From Octopus vulgaris (taxonomy: Eukaryota), in contig OX597831.1 in the NCBI GenBank assembly GCA_951406725.2, forward strand, positions 80,414,001 to 80,478,000: DNA of 64,000 nucleotides, given 5' to 3'. The translations under genes and the position numbers were made by a program. Positions within the stretch are counted from its first letter, which is position 1, and the number at the start of each line of letters is the position of its first letter. Shown in pieces: positions 45,936-60,385 of this stretch. The notes below the pieces were generated by a model, which was given only the letters and a program-made list of their open reading frames with translations, did not search any database and had not been told where the DNA came from.

Positions 45936-46529
45936 ACAGCCTGTACAGAAGACTGCAGCGTGAAGAATTTGAGGATCAGTGTTAAAATACAAGAGGCAAA
46001 TCGGAATCTTCAAAGACTTACTGCCAACATCGTTGTTATTCCATCTCATTTTATTTTATTTTATCTTATTTGACACATTTAATCTAGGAAACGTCTTTAG
46101 TTCAGTTTTATTTTCTCAGCGCAAATTTACACCGGGCGCCATTTTGCTTTTATTGACGGATTAATTTGATCTTCGGTTTGTTGGTCTCGTTCAACATGGC
46201 TGCTGACGCGGCTTATCTTTACGACATGTTATCGCTTCTTACATGAGATAGCAACTAGAATTTCTTGTGAGATTTATTATTGTCGCTGTTATTGCTGCAA
46301 TAACAATGTTTACTGTCAATACACATACTGCTTATCCAGAAGTGTCGATACGAACGTCCGACGTCCCCCGGGTTTCTCCGCTTAGTATGTGCGAATGCAT
46401 GCATATATCTATGTACGTATGTATGCATGCACGCATGTATGTATGTATATATGTATGTATGTATACATGTATATGAACATATGTATATATATATATGTAT
46501 ATATGTATGTATCTATTTATCTATCTATC

Positions 46530-46576
<47 letters not shown>

Positions 46577-46889
46577 ATGTATGTTATGTATGTATTTATG
46601 TATGCATGTTTGTATGTATGCATGTATGTATATATGTATGTGTGCATACATAAATGTATATATGTATATACGCGTGCATTGATTTATGTATGCATGTATG
46701 TATGAATGTGTGTATGTATGAATGCATGTATGCTTGTAAGCATGTATGTGTGTATGCATGCATGAACGTTTGAGTATATATGTATGAGTAAATGTATGCA
46801 TGTATGAGCGTGTACGTGTGTGAGTGTGCAAAGAGAAATATATATGATTATATGTGTGCTCATGTGCTTAAGTGTGTGCGTGTGTGTGT

Positions 46890-47157
46890 CGTTGGTTCAA
46901 TCCCCGGCGAAGCGTTGTGTCCGTGAGCAACACATTTTATTTCACGTTGCTCCAATCCACTCAGCTGAGTAGTATCTGTATCTTCGAAGGGCCAGCCTTG
47001 TCACACTCTGTGTCACGCTGAATCTCCCTTAGAACAACGTTAAGGGTATACATGTCTGTGGAGTATTCAGCTACTTTCACATTAATTTCTTGAGCAGGCA
47101 ATTCCTTCGATCGGTTCAACTGAATCCCTCGTCGTCGTAACCGACGGAGAGCCCAAA
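46890..47157 (+). mobile_element. SINE family C
   Basis: B box ggttcaatccc, then gcgttgtgtccgtgagcaa, and the tail ccctcgtcgtcgtaaccgacggagagcc. Confidence 0.75.
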
Positions 47158-47339
47158 TATATATAGATATATATATATATTACGGAGGTATAATTGTATA
47201 GCGAGTGACTTGATCTGAGATCGTGTGTTGGAACGAAAACAATTGCAGCGTGGAAGGTGTTTATAAGCCATTTAAGAAACACACAAAAACCGTTAGATTC
47301 ACTTCAATATTTAAATGTATATGTATATATGTATGTATG

Positions 47340-47396
<57 letters not shown>

Positions 47397-47484
47397 GTAT
47401 GCATGTATATATGTATGGTATGCATGTAGGTATGCATATATGTATATATATATGCATATATATATATATATATATATACATACG

Positions 47485-47522
<38 letters not shown>

Positions 47523-47693
47523 TATGCATATATCTTGTGTTAACAACAAACAAGATGAGGACAAATATCCGTCAAATGTAAATTATGTAAATGATGTAAA
47601 AATAATTGTATAAAATAATTATATATATATATATATATAAAATGAAAAGAAAATTATGGTAATTGTCAATTCAAAAATTAATATTTATTAACG

Positions 47694-48090
47694 AGTGGCT
47701 GTGTGGTAAGAAGCTTGCTTCTCAACCACATCGTTCCGGGTCCAATCCCACTGCGTGGCACCTTGGGCAAGTGTCTTCTACTATAGCCTCGGACCGACCG
47801 AAGCCTTGTGAGTGGATTTGGTAGACGGAAACTGAAAGAAGCCCGTCGTATATATGTAGATATATATACATATATATGCATGTGTTTTGTGTGTCTATGT
47901 TTGTGCCCCAACCATCGCTTGACAACCGATGCTGGTGTGTTTACGTCCCCGTAACTTAGTGGTTTAGCAAAAGAGAACCGATAGAATAAGTACTAGGCTT
48001 ACAAAGAATAAGTCCTGGGGTCGATTTGTTCGAGTAAAGGCGCTGCTCCAGCATGGCTGCAGTCAAATGATTGAAACAATTAAAAGAAAA
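47694..48090 (+). mobile_element. SINE family A, full length
   Basis: A and B boxes, the CORE-like ccttgggcaagtgtc and the CR1-type tail. Confidence 0.9.
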
Positions 48091-48131
48091 AACATTATAT
48101 TATTTTCTTATAATAATCTGATAAAATAATT

Positions 48132-48344
48132 TAGTTCTATTTTTAAGATATATATTTATATTTGTCCTCATCTTGTTTGTTGTTTCGGCTTATATACCCT
48201 CCAGGCTTCATCAAGTATCTTGGGGAAATTTCGAACCTGGGTTCTCATTTCTAAGGTATTTTTCGAAGTTATTATAATTATGGAGTAGTGGTCAAGAGCG
48301 TGGGCTACTAGCCCCAAGATTACGAGTTCGATTCCAGGCAGTCA

Positions 48345-48407
<63 letters not shown>

Positions 48408-48610
48408 TGATGATGATGATGATGATGATGAAAATGATAATGATAATAATAACATCGAAAAATACCTTAGGAATGAGAACCCAGGTTCGAAATTTCCCGA
48501 AGACACCTGATGAAGGCTGGAAGGTATATCGGGCGAAATGTTGTGTTAACAACAAACAAGATGAGGACAAATATCCGTCAAATGTAAATAATGTAAATGA
48601 TGTAAAAATA
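48132..48610. mobile_element. Head-to-head tRNA-head/(AAT)n/hammerhead element, copy 3
   Basis: An inverted tail (48160-48270) is followed by head + (AAT)n + tail (48281-48610). Both HHRs are mutated. A further tail fragment lies at 47534-47605. Confidence 0.8.
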
Positions 48611-48880
48611 ATTTATTATCTATTATCTCATATTATATTATATAATATTATTATAGGAATATAATATATTATTATGTTAATAAATTATAAATTTTAAATT
48701 GACAGTTGTATATCTCCAATTTCTTTTTATTTTTATGAATGTAATATATACCCATGGGAATTGAACCCAGGTTGAACCAGTGAAAGAGTGGATGCTTTCA
48801 TCTTTATTTTACTTGTAATGGATGCAAGTATTATATATATATATAATATAATAAAATATTATTACAAATTTCGGATATAC

Positions 48881-49508
<628 letters not shown>

Positions 49509-49519
49509 CCTAAGAGTGA

Positions 49520-50670
49520 CCTAAATGTACATTCCGTACTTTTAAACATAATTCCTCTTGCGGTTCACACACTCCTTCCATCGCTATTGCAATACTTCGA
49601 TTATTGATAAAGATTTCACCCTGCTGCTCCGTCATCTACAGCAGATATGACGTCATCATCATTCCGACATTAAATCCCAGCCAAGTGGGGTTTGGGCGGG
49701 GGTTGTGTTAGGGATCAGATGATTGTCAGACGGGGGCTAAAGAAGAAGGATAGGAACGCTGGTCAACCAGTTCAAAAGCACAGTCATGCACAACAGCCAT
49801 CGAAACGAAGGTCTTGTGTGCTGGAACACTGTCCTGATGAAACAAGTCCTCTTTCGTCAGTTTTTTATTTTCTGGGCGTTTGGTCTTGATAGACTTTCGT
49901 AACTGCCGCAGCAAGTTGGCATAGCACTCTTCATTGAGTGTGTGGCCCTTCTGGAGATAGTCCATAAACACAATGCCTTTTTTTCATCCAAAAAGACTGA
50001 AGTTATCAACTTACCTGCAGATGAAACGACCTCAGCCTTCTTTGGAGCAGGTGAGGAGGGAGTGTATCCACTACATGGATTTGCCTCTTTGTCTCCGGCT
50101 CGAAATGATAAATCTAACATTCATCCTGGGTTAGGAAACGTTCAAAGAAACCAGCTTGATCTGCCTGAAACAATATCAGATTTTCCTATGATGTGATCAG
50201 CTTGGTGCACTTTTGATCAGGTGTTAGAGGACATGGCACTCACCAAGCAGAAATCTTTGTCATGACATGTCCATTGTGCAGAATATTCTCAAATCTCTTA
50301 CGGGATATGCTAATGGCATTGACTATTTGATTTATAGTCAATCGCTTGTCATGCATCATCGCCTGTCATCCATAACCATGAACACGGTCAATGTTTTTCT
50401 CAGCGGTGACAGTTACAGGACGTCCAGACGTTTTGGTCATCTTCAAGAATTTCCCGCTCCTTCTAAATCCAGTTGCCCGCATTTGCACTGTTGATAAAGT
50501 TGGAGAGCATTCCCTAATGTAGCCACCGTGTCAGCATGTTTGTCCTTATGGGTTAAACCCTTTTTCTGCAAGTACTTTATAACACCGCGATGCCAAATTT
50601 TGTTCATTTCCAAGAGAAGTCGCTACTAGTTACTTATGAAGTCTTTTTGATCAATCAGATGTCGGTTTAT
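49520..50670 (-). mobile_element. Decayed mariner transposon (transposase pseudogene)
   Basis: Frameshifted translation SPAPKKA.V.SSAGK...VF.D..G..MDYLQKGHT.N...YANLL.QLR..IK.KRP..LFHQD..PAH..SLAP. Confidence 0.85.
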
Positions 50671-50706
50671 ATGTGGCCTTTTGAGCTTATGGCTTGGGAG
50701 GGCCCT

Positions 50707-50935
50707 TTAAACCTTCAATGTTCAGATTACGCTGTTAAATATAATGTTTTTTCACTCAAATTGTTTTGAATTAATCATGCATTATCTCAAAGCTTCGAGG
50801 TTTCAATGATGTGATTATTTATTTTTAGAATGTGAATGTAGGTTAGGCGTGAGAGGCCAGATATGGCTAGTTCAAATATAAAACATGTAGTATATTTGGG
50901 CCGAATATGGACGGTTTAAACACTAAAGGGTTTTT
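50707..50935. mobile_element. Possible TTAA-type (piggyBac-like) MITE, degraded
   Basis: Imperfect terminal inverted repeats aaccttcaatgtt and aacactaaagggtt near TTAA-like flanks. Confidence 0.4.
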
Positions 50936-50959
50936 AAAAAAAGGCGTCTAGTCGCCAGA

Positions 50960-51152
50960 ATCTATAACACGCTAGACAAAATGCCTGGCGGTGTTTCATC
51001 GGTCTGTATATTCTGAGTTCAAATTCCACGGAGGTTGACTTTTCCTCTTATTCTCTCGGGTCAATAAAATAAATACCAGTCATGTACTGGTGTCGATGTA
51101 ATCAACTACTCCTCTACCCTAAAACTTCTGGCTTTATGCCTATAGTAGAAAG
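50960..51152 (+). mobile_element. SINE family B, older tail variant ending in (ATT)n
   Basis: B box gagttcaaattcc, the Meta-like domain and the tail ggctttatgcctatagtagaaagg(att)n. Confidence 0.7.
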
Positions 51153-51153
51153 G

Positions 51154-51234
<81 letters not shown>

Positions 51235-51235
51235 A

Positions 51236-51291
<56 letters not shown>

Positions 51292-51313
51292 ATTATTATT
51301 ATTGTTGTTGTTG

Positions 51314-51372
<59 letters not shown>

Positions 51373-51374
51373 TT

Positions 51375-53320
51375 CATTGTCGTGGGCGAGCTGGTTGGCA
51401 AGGCACAGACATGCGCCGTGCCGACCAGGTCGATACACGATAATCTCCATCTCATACGCTACACCATAGAGAGGGTGGGTAACGACGCTGGCGCGGGTGG
51501 GGCGTTGATCAATTTTGATCAGAGTAAAGCCTTCGATAGAGTCGACCATCGATACCTGGCAGCTGTTCTCAAGGCAGCCGGCTTCGGTCCAGTCTTCCGC
51601 GGGTGGATCGCTGTTTTATACAGCAACATCTCCTCGGTAATACGGGTGAACGGTCACCTTTCAGAGCCGTTTGACATCTCGCGTTCGGTCCGCCAACGAT
51701 GCCCTCTCTCCTCCCTCTTGTACGTATTGACTCTCGAGCCATTACTGCGCAAGTTGGAAGCTTTGAGGGGCATCCCGCGCGATCTAGGAGGCGGAAACAG
51801 CGTGTCTGCTTATGCCGACGACGTCACCGTGATGGTGTCGAGACACAGACACATTGACCTAATTGGCGAGACACTAAATGAGTACGAAGCGGTGACAGGA
51901 GCAAAAATTAACGCGGAAAAGTCTGTGGGCTTGCAACTGGGCACCCGGAGAGGCAAGTCCATGCCGTCCGACAGCGTCGTTGGGCGCTGGACAGACGGAC
52001 CCGTTAAACTGCTCAGGGTCTGGTTCGGTCCGGACCTCCAGGTGGATAAAAACTGGGAAGAGGTGACGAGCACGGTGGCCAATCTCACCCAGAAATGGTC
52101 CGAGAGGAAGCTGTCCCTGAAAGGTCGAGCGGAGGTGGCGAATGCGTACATCGCATCCGTCATCTATTACCGCTTGACCGTCGTCCCTTGTCCCGACCGC
52201 TGGGGTGCCAAGCTGGTACGCCTGCTCTTCGACTTTTTGTGGAAGGGTCAGGTGCCACTGGTCAGGCGATCCATCTGCTGTCAACGACCGCTGAACGGAT
52301 GCCTTGGCATGCCGTGGTTACTGATGCGCAGACATGCGATCAGGCTACGACATCTCAAGCGTTTCCTAGACGGTGAACAGGTGTGGTCGTCTTTTGTCTG
52401 ACGCGACTTTCCGCAGGTCGTCTCTTTGACAGAACTGTAGATCTGGATCAAACGCAGACCGAGAAAGGGCACATGACACCTCGAGTGCCGTCAAGCTTTC
52501 TCTGCCCTCCGCCAAGCGGGCAATGCGATCGGTAGTAGTTCCACTCTAGAGTTCTATAGAGGGTTAGTGGAAGAAAAGTGCGACGACGTTCTCGGGGAAA
52601 CTCTAGGCGTTGACGATAACGAGCTAAGCAGTCTGTTCGGAAGGACTTTCGGGCCGGGGCCAATGGATAATTTCCAGAGGTCGCTCGCCTGGCAGTGTTA
52701 CCGAGAGGCTCTTCCTGTTCGAGATAAACTCTACCGGCACGGAAGTGCCGTCAGCTGAACCTGCCCAAGGTGCTGCCATGACGACGAAACCGTCCTGCAT
52801 GCACTTGTCCAGTGCTCTAGTATTGCTGAACTATGGGTTTATGTCGAACAGCTACTGTCGCGTATAGGATGGATCCGGCTATCGGCTGAATCCATAGTGA
52901 AGATTGCCCCGCCGATCTCCTTTAACCGGGAGGGCAAGGCAGTTTTCCTTTGCCTATTGGCTGTAGCGAAAGAGGTTGTATGGTGGACCCGTTTGAAAGG
53001 GCTAAGGTCAGACACTTTCCTCTTTGGCCCAGGCCTCATCAACTTTTTCAAGTTCCACTTGAAAAGGAAGGTGAGAGTAGAGCGGGAAGTGCTGTCCGAT
53101 AGGAAGTTTACTGAAAGGTGGATAAATGTCGCAAGAATGGCTAGTATGAAAGGAGCCATCCTGAGGTTACACCTGTGATTTAAAAAGGAGTTTTTCGTTG
53201 TTAAACTGCTTCTTTACTCGGATTTTTTCACAAACGGACAAAACCCTTTGTAACCTTTCGTCTTGTTTTGTCCCTTTATGTTATAATTGATTTTTGTCAG
53301 CCCTTGTGGCCAATAAAAGA

Positions 53321-53322
<2 letters not shown>
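51375..53322 (+). mobile_element. Tx1/L1-clade LINE, 5'-truncated, inside (ATT)n
   Basis: RT motifs FDQSKAFDRVDH, VRQRCPLS.LLY, SAYADD and GAKIN.EKS, plus the L1/Tx1-type LSLKGR motif. A zf-RVT-like CPRC..ETVLHAL..C lies at ~52760-52815, with several stops. The 3' UTR contains AATAAA. Confidence 0.92.
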
Positions 53323-53379
<57 letters not shown>

Positions 53380-53537
53380 GCATCATCATCATCATCGTTA
53401 ACTTTCTCATCATCATCATCACCATCATCAGTTCTCTGCTAACTATTGCGGCAGCATCCTACTCGTCAAAACAACATCCTTAGCAAATGTTTTGATGTGT
53501 CAGCCGAGCCGTTACTCTCTGGCATAATATACACCAC

Positions 53538-53624
<87 letters not shown>

Positions 53625-54307
53625 ACGCACACACAATCTGCATACCCACTTTAACAACATGTAAAGGATACACTTTGGTGTTCAGATTTCCAAACTGTTG
53701 TAATAAAAATACCCAGCGGGTATTTCCGTCATTGACAGACGGTAAATTCGTACTGGGTGGGAGAGGGGAATGACAGTGGTAAGGGTGGGTAGTGGGGGAG
53801 GCGATGGTAAAGGTAACGGGTTAGGGTGGGAGTATGGAGGGGAAGGCCGGGGGATGTGGTGGAGTGTAAGAACAAGGGTGCATGTTTCCTACCAGTGGGT
53901 GGGTGTGTACATGTGACTGTCTACACACAAGTACATAAATATATATATATGTATGTATATAAATATATACATGTAAATGTGTATATACAGATATGTATGT
54001 ATATATATAAACACACACATATATATATATATATATACATACTTATAAACATTCATATATATATGCATTACACACACACACGCATATATATACTCATATA
54101 TATATATGTATATATATAGGTATATATGTGTATATATATGTATACATATTTGTATATGCATGTAAATGAAATGTGTGTGTGTGATTGTACCGGTTGGGTT
54201 GATTGATATTATAGATGTACAGTGCCCGGCCTAAAGATCTAGGGACCGCTGCGCCATTGCTTTGGCAATCTGATCAATTGAAAGCGTTGAACTATGAAAG
54301 AGCAATC

Positions 54308-54718
54308 CTTTTCTGCTCTAGGCACGAAGCCCGAACGTTTTGGTAGTGGGGGTGGGGGAGAGGCCAGTCGATTAGATCGACCCCTGTACGTAACTGGTAC
54401 TTAATTTATCGACCCCCAAAAGAATGAAAGGCAAAGTCGACCTCGGCAGAATTTGAACTCAGACTGTAAAGACAGACGAAATACCTATTTCTTTATTACC
54501 CACCAGAAGCTAAACACAGAGGGGACAAACAAGGATAGACAAACGGATTAAGTCGATTATATCGACCCCAGTGCGTAACTGGTACTTATTTAATCCACCC
54601 CGAAAGGATGAAAGGCAAAGTCGACCTCAGGCAGAATTTGAACTCAGAACGTAGCGGCAGACGAAATACGGCTACGCATTTCGCCCGGCGTGCTAACGTT
54701 TCTGCCAGCTCGCCGCCT
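54308..54718 (-). mobile_element. SINE family B dimer
   Basis: A full young copy (54484-54718) is joined at gacgaaatac|ctatttcttt to a copy carrying the alternative tail. Confidence 0.88.
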
Positions 54719-54734
54719 TCTATAAGGGATTATT

Positions 54735-55440
54735 ATGAACTGTAATGATCTGTAAAGATTGAACTATGGAAGTTAACGGAGGATTAAACGATGAACTACG
54801 AAAGGAGACGACACTGAAGCAATGATGTTGAACTCCGAAATAACAGCGAAACTATGAAATAATAAAGTGAACAAATAATATTGAATTATAGTTCAATTAT
54901 CAATGGAAACGGTGAATTACAAAAGGTGAAGCATAAATGAATGTTAGACTAAAATGAACTGTTGACATGAAACTATAGAACTGAACAAAACATTCAGTTA
55001 TAAAAGCGGGACCTAAGGTTAGTCTTAGCTTTGTTGGTGCATTAAATGGTAGACAATTAACTTTGAACTATAGAGAAACTGTCAGTGAAAAACTGATATC
55101 GAAACTATAAACATTCACTTATAAATTAACGCTCAACTATGGATAAATTGCTAACGTTAATCTATAGACGTTCGACTGAACGGGGAACTATAGAAATGAA
55201 CATTGACTTATGAATGAATTATCAATGAAAACGATGAACTGCACGAATTATAAACGTTGAATGATTCATTATCGTTGTTCTATAATGAAATGTTAACGGT
55301 GTTCTGTTAATGAAACGTACGAGTAATGAAATGAACCCTATTAACTTTAAACCGTAAATTAACGTTCAAGTACGTTGAACTATAGATATTGACTTTCAAC
55401 GATAGATAAATAAGCTATGAAAATTATTATCTACAAACGT
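54735..55440. repeat. Degenerate short-period minisatellite built on (T)GAACTATRG
   Basis: Variants of aacgttgaactatagaaat recur roughly every 20-45 bp. Confidence 0.55.
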
Positions 55441-55729
55441 AGGTACACTATGGCCGAACGGTTAAGTAGCTCACTTCATAACCACGAGATCTCGAATTCA
55501 GTTCGATACCACCGTGTGGCACTTTGAGTAAATGTGATTTTCTGCTGTCTCGGGTCGGCCAAATACCCTGCAAGTGAATTATGTTTTCGTGCAGTTTCTA
55601 TCTTCCATAATTCACTTGCAGGGTATATATATATATATATATATATATGACTGGAACATTTTGTTATTGTAAATGTGTGTGAGTTTGTGTACACTGAGAA
55701 ATTATGATATGCACGTTCATATATATTTT

Positions 55730-56227
55730 TTTCTTTTTTTTTTAGTTTCAGCTCAGAGCTGCGGCCAAGCTGATGCACCGTCGTTTTGTGCTACACTGTT
55801 ATTACTAAGAGCCTCCTCTAATATGTGGCACTTGGTGAAGAACGGAGTTTGATATAGCTACTCTCATTAGCACCTCTTGCCGTGAGGTAGGTTCATCTGG
55901 GACTCTCGACAGGAAGATGTCCAGCTTTGATTTAAAAACCGATACATCTACTTTGTGCAAATTCCTCAGACTCTTTGGGAGAATATTAAAAAGCTGTGGG
56001 CCCTTGAAACCCAGGCTGTTGCAGTAGCGGGTCCTGAAGCGTGATGGCATTGCTGAGACCTTTGGCACTAAGCAGTGTCGTCCCGTTCTAGCATTGGTAT
56101 AGCTCTCAATGCCAAAATTTGGCACAATTCCTTCCAGGATCTTCCAGATATATATTACTGCATACCTCTCCCGTCTTCTCTCCAGGGAGTAGAGTCTTAG
56201 CTGTTTCAACCTTTCCCAGTAGCTGAG

Positions 56228-56230
<3 letters not shown>
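55730..56230 (-). mobile_element. CR1-like LINE 3' fragment
   Basis: ORF 55805-56209 (LRLYSLERRRERYAVIYIWKILEG..GPQLFN) is a clear paralog of 8808-9371. The tail is cggtgcatcagcttggccgcagctctgagctgaaac. Confidence 0.85.
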
Positions 56231-56290
<60 letters not shown>

Positions 56291-56545
56291 TATGCTAGAC
56301 AATCTTAGCTTGCTTCGCCAAATCCGCCTCAAGATATATAGATACTCCCCTCCCTATATATATATAGGGAGGCAGAGAGAGAGAGAGAGAGAGAGAGAAA
56401 GAAATCTGCACATATATAAATCCTTTACGTATGTATATATGCGCGTGTATATAAATATATATATATATATACACGCGCGCACACATGTGCATGTTAACAA
56501 TCAGACATAATATACATATATACATTATCAAAACATCTTAACGAT

Positions 56546-56596
<51 letters not shown>

Positions 56597-57079
56597 TATA
56601 CACACATACATATACACATACATACATACATACATACACACACATACATACATACACACATACATACATACACACATACATACATACATACATACATGCA
56701 TACATACATACATACATACGCACACACATATATATATATATAATATTTATTAATATTTTTATAGATAAATGTGAGTAGCTGTGTGTGTGTCTGTGTGTTG
56801 TCAAACAAGTACGCTAGGGTTTTGTAAACTGATCGGCCATAAGGTTCTACTTCTAATTATACATGTTCAGTTGTATTTATTCACATATCAACACGTGCAC
56901 GCGGTTCCTGTTGCATGTACCGATGTTGACATCTTGTATAAACATGTATGTATAATATAGCATACATATGTAGAAAACCGACGTTAGATTAGTCGAGATA
57001 TATGTCAACACATATGTGAAAAAGGAAAAGAAAAACTAAAATAAAGTAACGTGGTATATGTCTGTGTGAATACATACAT

Positions 57080-57110
<31 letters not shown>

Positions 57111-57485
57111 ATGAGAGAGAGAGAGAGAGATGCCTATATATCTACATATATACAATTATATATATAATTGTGTATATCCTTCCTTATATATATATATATA
57201 TATATATATGCATATGTATATGCATATATATATATTATACATATACATACATATATACAATTATATTTATATATATGTATATATAGTTATATATATATAT
57301 AGTTATATATATAAATAATTATGTATATATATATATATATATATATATTTATCATATGTATATAGATATATATATATATCATAAATATATGTGCGTGTGT
57401 ATGTATTTATCATATATATATAGATGTAGATATATATAATTTCATAGATTGACACACTCACACACACACATATATATATATATAT

Positions 57486-57522
<37 letters not shown>

Positions 57523-57639
57523 TGTATGTGTGTATATATATATATATATACATACATCTGTATGCGTGTGTATATATATATGTATATATATATATATACA
57601 TACATCTGTATGTGTGTGTATATATTTATAGAGAGAGAG

Positions 57640-57704
<65 letters not shown>

Positions 57705-57770
57705 TGCATATATATATATATATAAATATATATGTATAGAGACACACACACAGATATATATATGTATATG

Positions 57771-57811
<41 letters not shown>

Positions 57812-58275
57812 TGTATGTACGTATGTATGAATATATAAATGTATGTTTATATATGTAAATCTCAAGCAGCGCGTACATCTTCGTATTCGCCATAATGAAC
57901 ACTTACGTATGCATGTGTATACATACCTATGTGTATATATATATATATATACATATACATGTGTGTGAGCGTGTGCGCGGTAGCTGTGTATCTGGTGCGC
58001 ATGTGTATAAACACACATATATAAATCTTTCGCACAGATGTAGCTATATAATGAGATAATTTTGTTTTCGCAAGCAACATTAAATACATTTATATGCGTA
58101 CATGTGTATATTTAGGAGGATGAATATCGGTTTCGATGAGTACATAGCTGTGTGTATGTATGAATGTATATATATATACATGTATATATATATATATATG
58201 TTTGTGTGTGTGTATATATATATATATAAATAAATATATATATGCATATATATGTATATACATATATATGTATAC

Positions 58276-58314
<39 letters not shown>

Positions 58315-58384
58315 CATATATATATATATCCTATATATCCTATATAACCTCGACAACCTATATATATATATATATATTATATAT

Positions 58385-58850
58385 AGAGATATATGTTATA
58401 TAAAATCCGTTCTGTCTGTCTGTGCGTGTGTCTTCTAGAATCTCGGGCATCCTCCATCCGATTGCGCTCAGATTTGATATGTAGATACCGACGGTATCAG
58501 GGCGTGTATAAGCCTTGAAAAAATTACAAAATTCGATTCCAGGTGAGAATGGGATCGATAAAGCCGTTTTTGTCCTACTTTTCTTCCGTCATCCTGTACA
58601 TAACTGCACCTTCCATTTTTTGTTGTTTCTGTACTGCTTAAAGGCACGTTTCTTTCCTGCCAAGCTCACTATTTAAACCATGTTTGTGTTCTCCCAGCCT
58701 TATCATTACTGGTACTTTAAACTCTTCGGTTGCATATTTGTGTGAATAAAATCATTTTTCTTTGGAAAAGAAACAAATTCTATCGTTATTTCTTCTTTTG
58801 CTGGTGTCTCAAATTGAGGTTAAATCAGTGTTTCTCAAAGAGGAGGCCTA
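58385..58850 (+). mobile_element. Possible non-autonomous Helitron-like 5' region
   Basis: The pattern tatataaaat..gtctgtctgtg..ccgattgcgctcagatttg recalls invertebrate Helitron 5' ends. No 3' hairpin or CTAG was identified. Confidence 0.35.
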
Positions 58851-59174
58851 TGGGACGGTCGGACAAGTTGTTTTGAGAAAATTTGGTTAAATGTTTGACA
58901 ACTCAGCACCGTCCATTGGACGGGGGGGGGGAGCGTTTTGCTCGTGTATATATATATATATATATATACATTGTATTTAATGTATGTATACATATACCTG
59001 GGAATGTGTTGGTGTGTATATGCATGGATATATGTATGTATATATGTGTATATATGCATATATAGATATGTGCATGTGTGTATATGTGTATACACACATA
59101 CGCGTATAGAATCCTTTGTTTCTTTTCCAGAATCTACACCATTTATATAGAAGTATATTTCGTATAAATGCGGT

Positions 59175-59720
59175 GCATTGGCAGAATTGTAAGCGCGTCG
59201 AACAAAATGCTTAGTAGCATTTCTTCCGGCTCTTTACGTTTTGATTTCGAATCCCACCTTGGTCAAGTTTACATTTTGTGCCTTCGGGGGGAGGGTGATA
59301 TGATTGATTATCAGTCAAGTACTAGGGTCGAGGTTATTGATTGGCTCCCTCACCCCGGGCTGGAACTACCGGTAGGACTCAACAAAGAAGTTTTAACTTA
59401 TTTCACAGGTAGGACTGTTTGACAAGAAGTTTGCTTGCCAACCACATGGTTCCGGGTTCAGTCCCACTGTGCGGCACCTTGGGCAAGTGCCTTCAACTAT
59501 GGATTTGATAGACGGAAACTAAAAGAAGCCTGACGTGTATATATATATATATACGAGCTGGAGTGGCTGTGTGGTAAGTAGCTTGCTTTCCAACCACACG
59601 GTCCCGGGTTCAGTCCCACTGCGTGGCACCTTGGGCAAGTGTCTTCTACTATAGCCTCGGCCCGACCAAAGCCTTGTGAGTGGATTTGGTAGACAGAAAG
59701 AAGCCTGTCGTATATGTGTT

Positions 59721-59775
<55 letters not shown>

Positions 59776-59995
59776 ATGTATTTGTGTGTTTGTCCCCCCC
59801 CCCACCAGCGCTTGACAACTAATGTTGGTGTGTTTACGTCCACGTAACCTAGCGGTTTGGCAAAAGAGATCGATAGAATAAGTACTAGAGTTTTAAAAAA
59901 GACAAAAAGGCACTGGGGTCACACCGTTCGACAAAGCCCTTCAAGGTGGTGCCCCAGCATGGCCGTAGTCCAAGGACTGAAACAAGTAGAAAGAT
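59175..59995 (+). mobile_element. SINE cluster: degraded family B (59175-59360), family A head (59420-59530) and full family A (59560-59995)
   Basis: Similarity to the other copies in the window. Confidence 0.8.
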
Positions 59996-60109
59996 GTTAT
60001 ATATACATGTGTGTGTGCGTGTGTGTGTGTGTGTGCTTGCGCGCGCGCCCAAATTTCTGCTGTTCTGTCAAGGGATCATTGTGTGAGCTTCTCAGATGAT
60101 CCTGCTACT

Positions 60110-60385
60110 GTTGTTGTGGTGGCGTGGTGGTGGTGGTGGTGGTGGTGGTGGTGGTGGGCGGGAGGCTGTTGTTCTTGGTGTTGGTGGTATTGGCAGCAGT
60201 GCTGCTGGTGGTGATGGTGATGGTGTTGGCGGCGGCGGTAGTGATGCTAGTGGTAGCAGCAGTGATGTTGGTAGTAGCGGTAGTTGTGGTTGTTGTGGTG
60301 GTGGTGGTGGTGGTGGTAGTAGTCGCAATGATGTTGATGGTTGTAGTTGTGGTTGTGGTTGTGGTTGTGGTTTTGGTTGTAGTAA
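60110..60385. repeat. (GGT)n low-complexity tract, with complementary (ACC)n tracts at 61190-62330
   Basis: Seen directly. Confidence 0.85.

Noticed and set aside
51082-51375. Hydrophobic N-terminus fused to the RT in the 439-aa ORF
   Set aside because: It is read-through of the upstream SINE tail and (ATT)n into a 5'-truncated LINE, not a real fusion protein.
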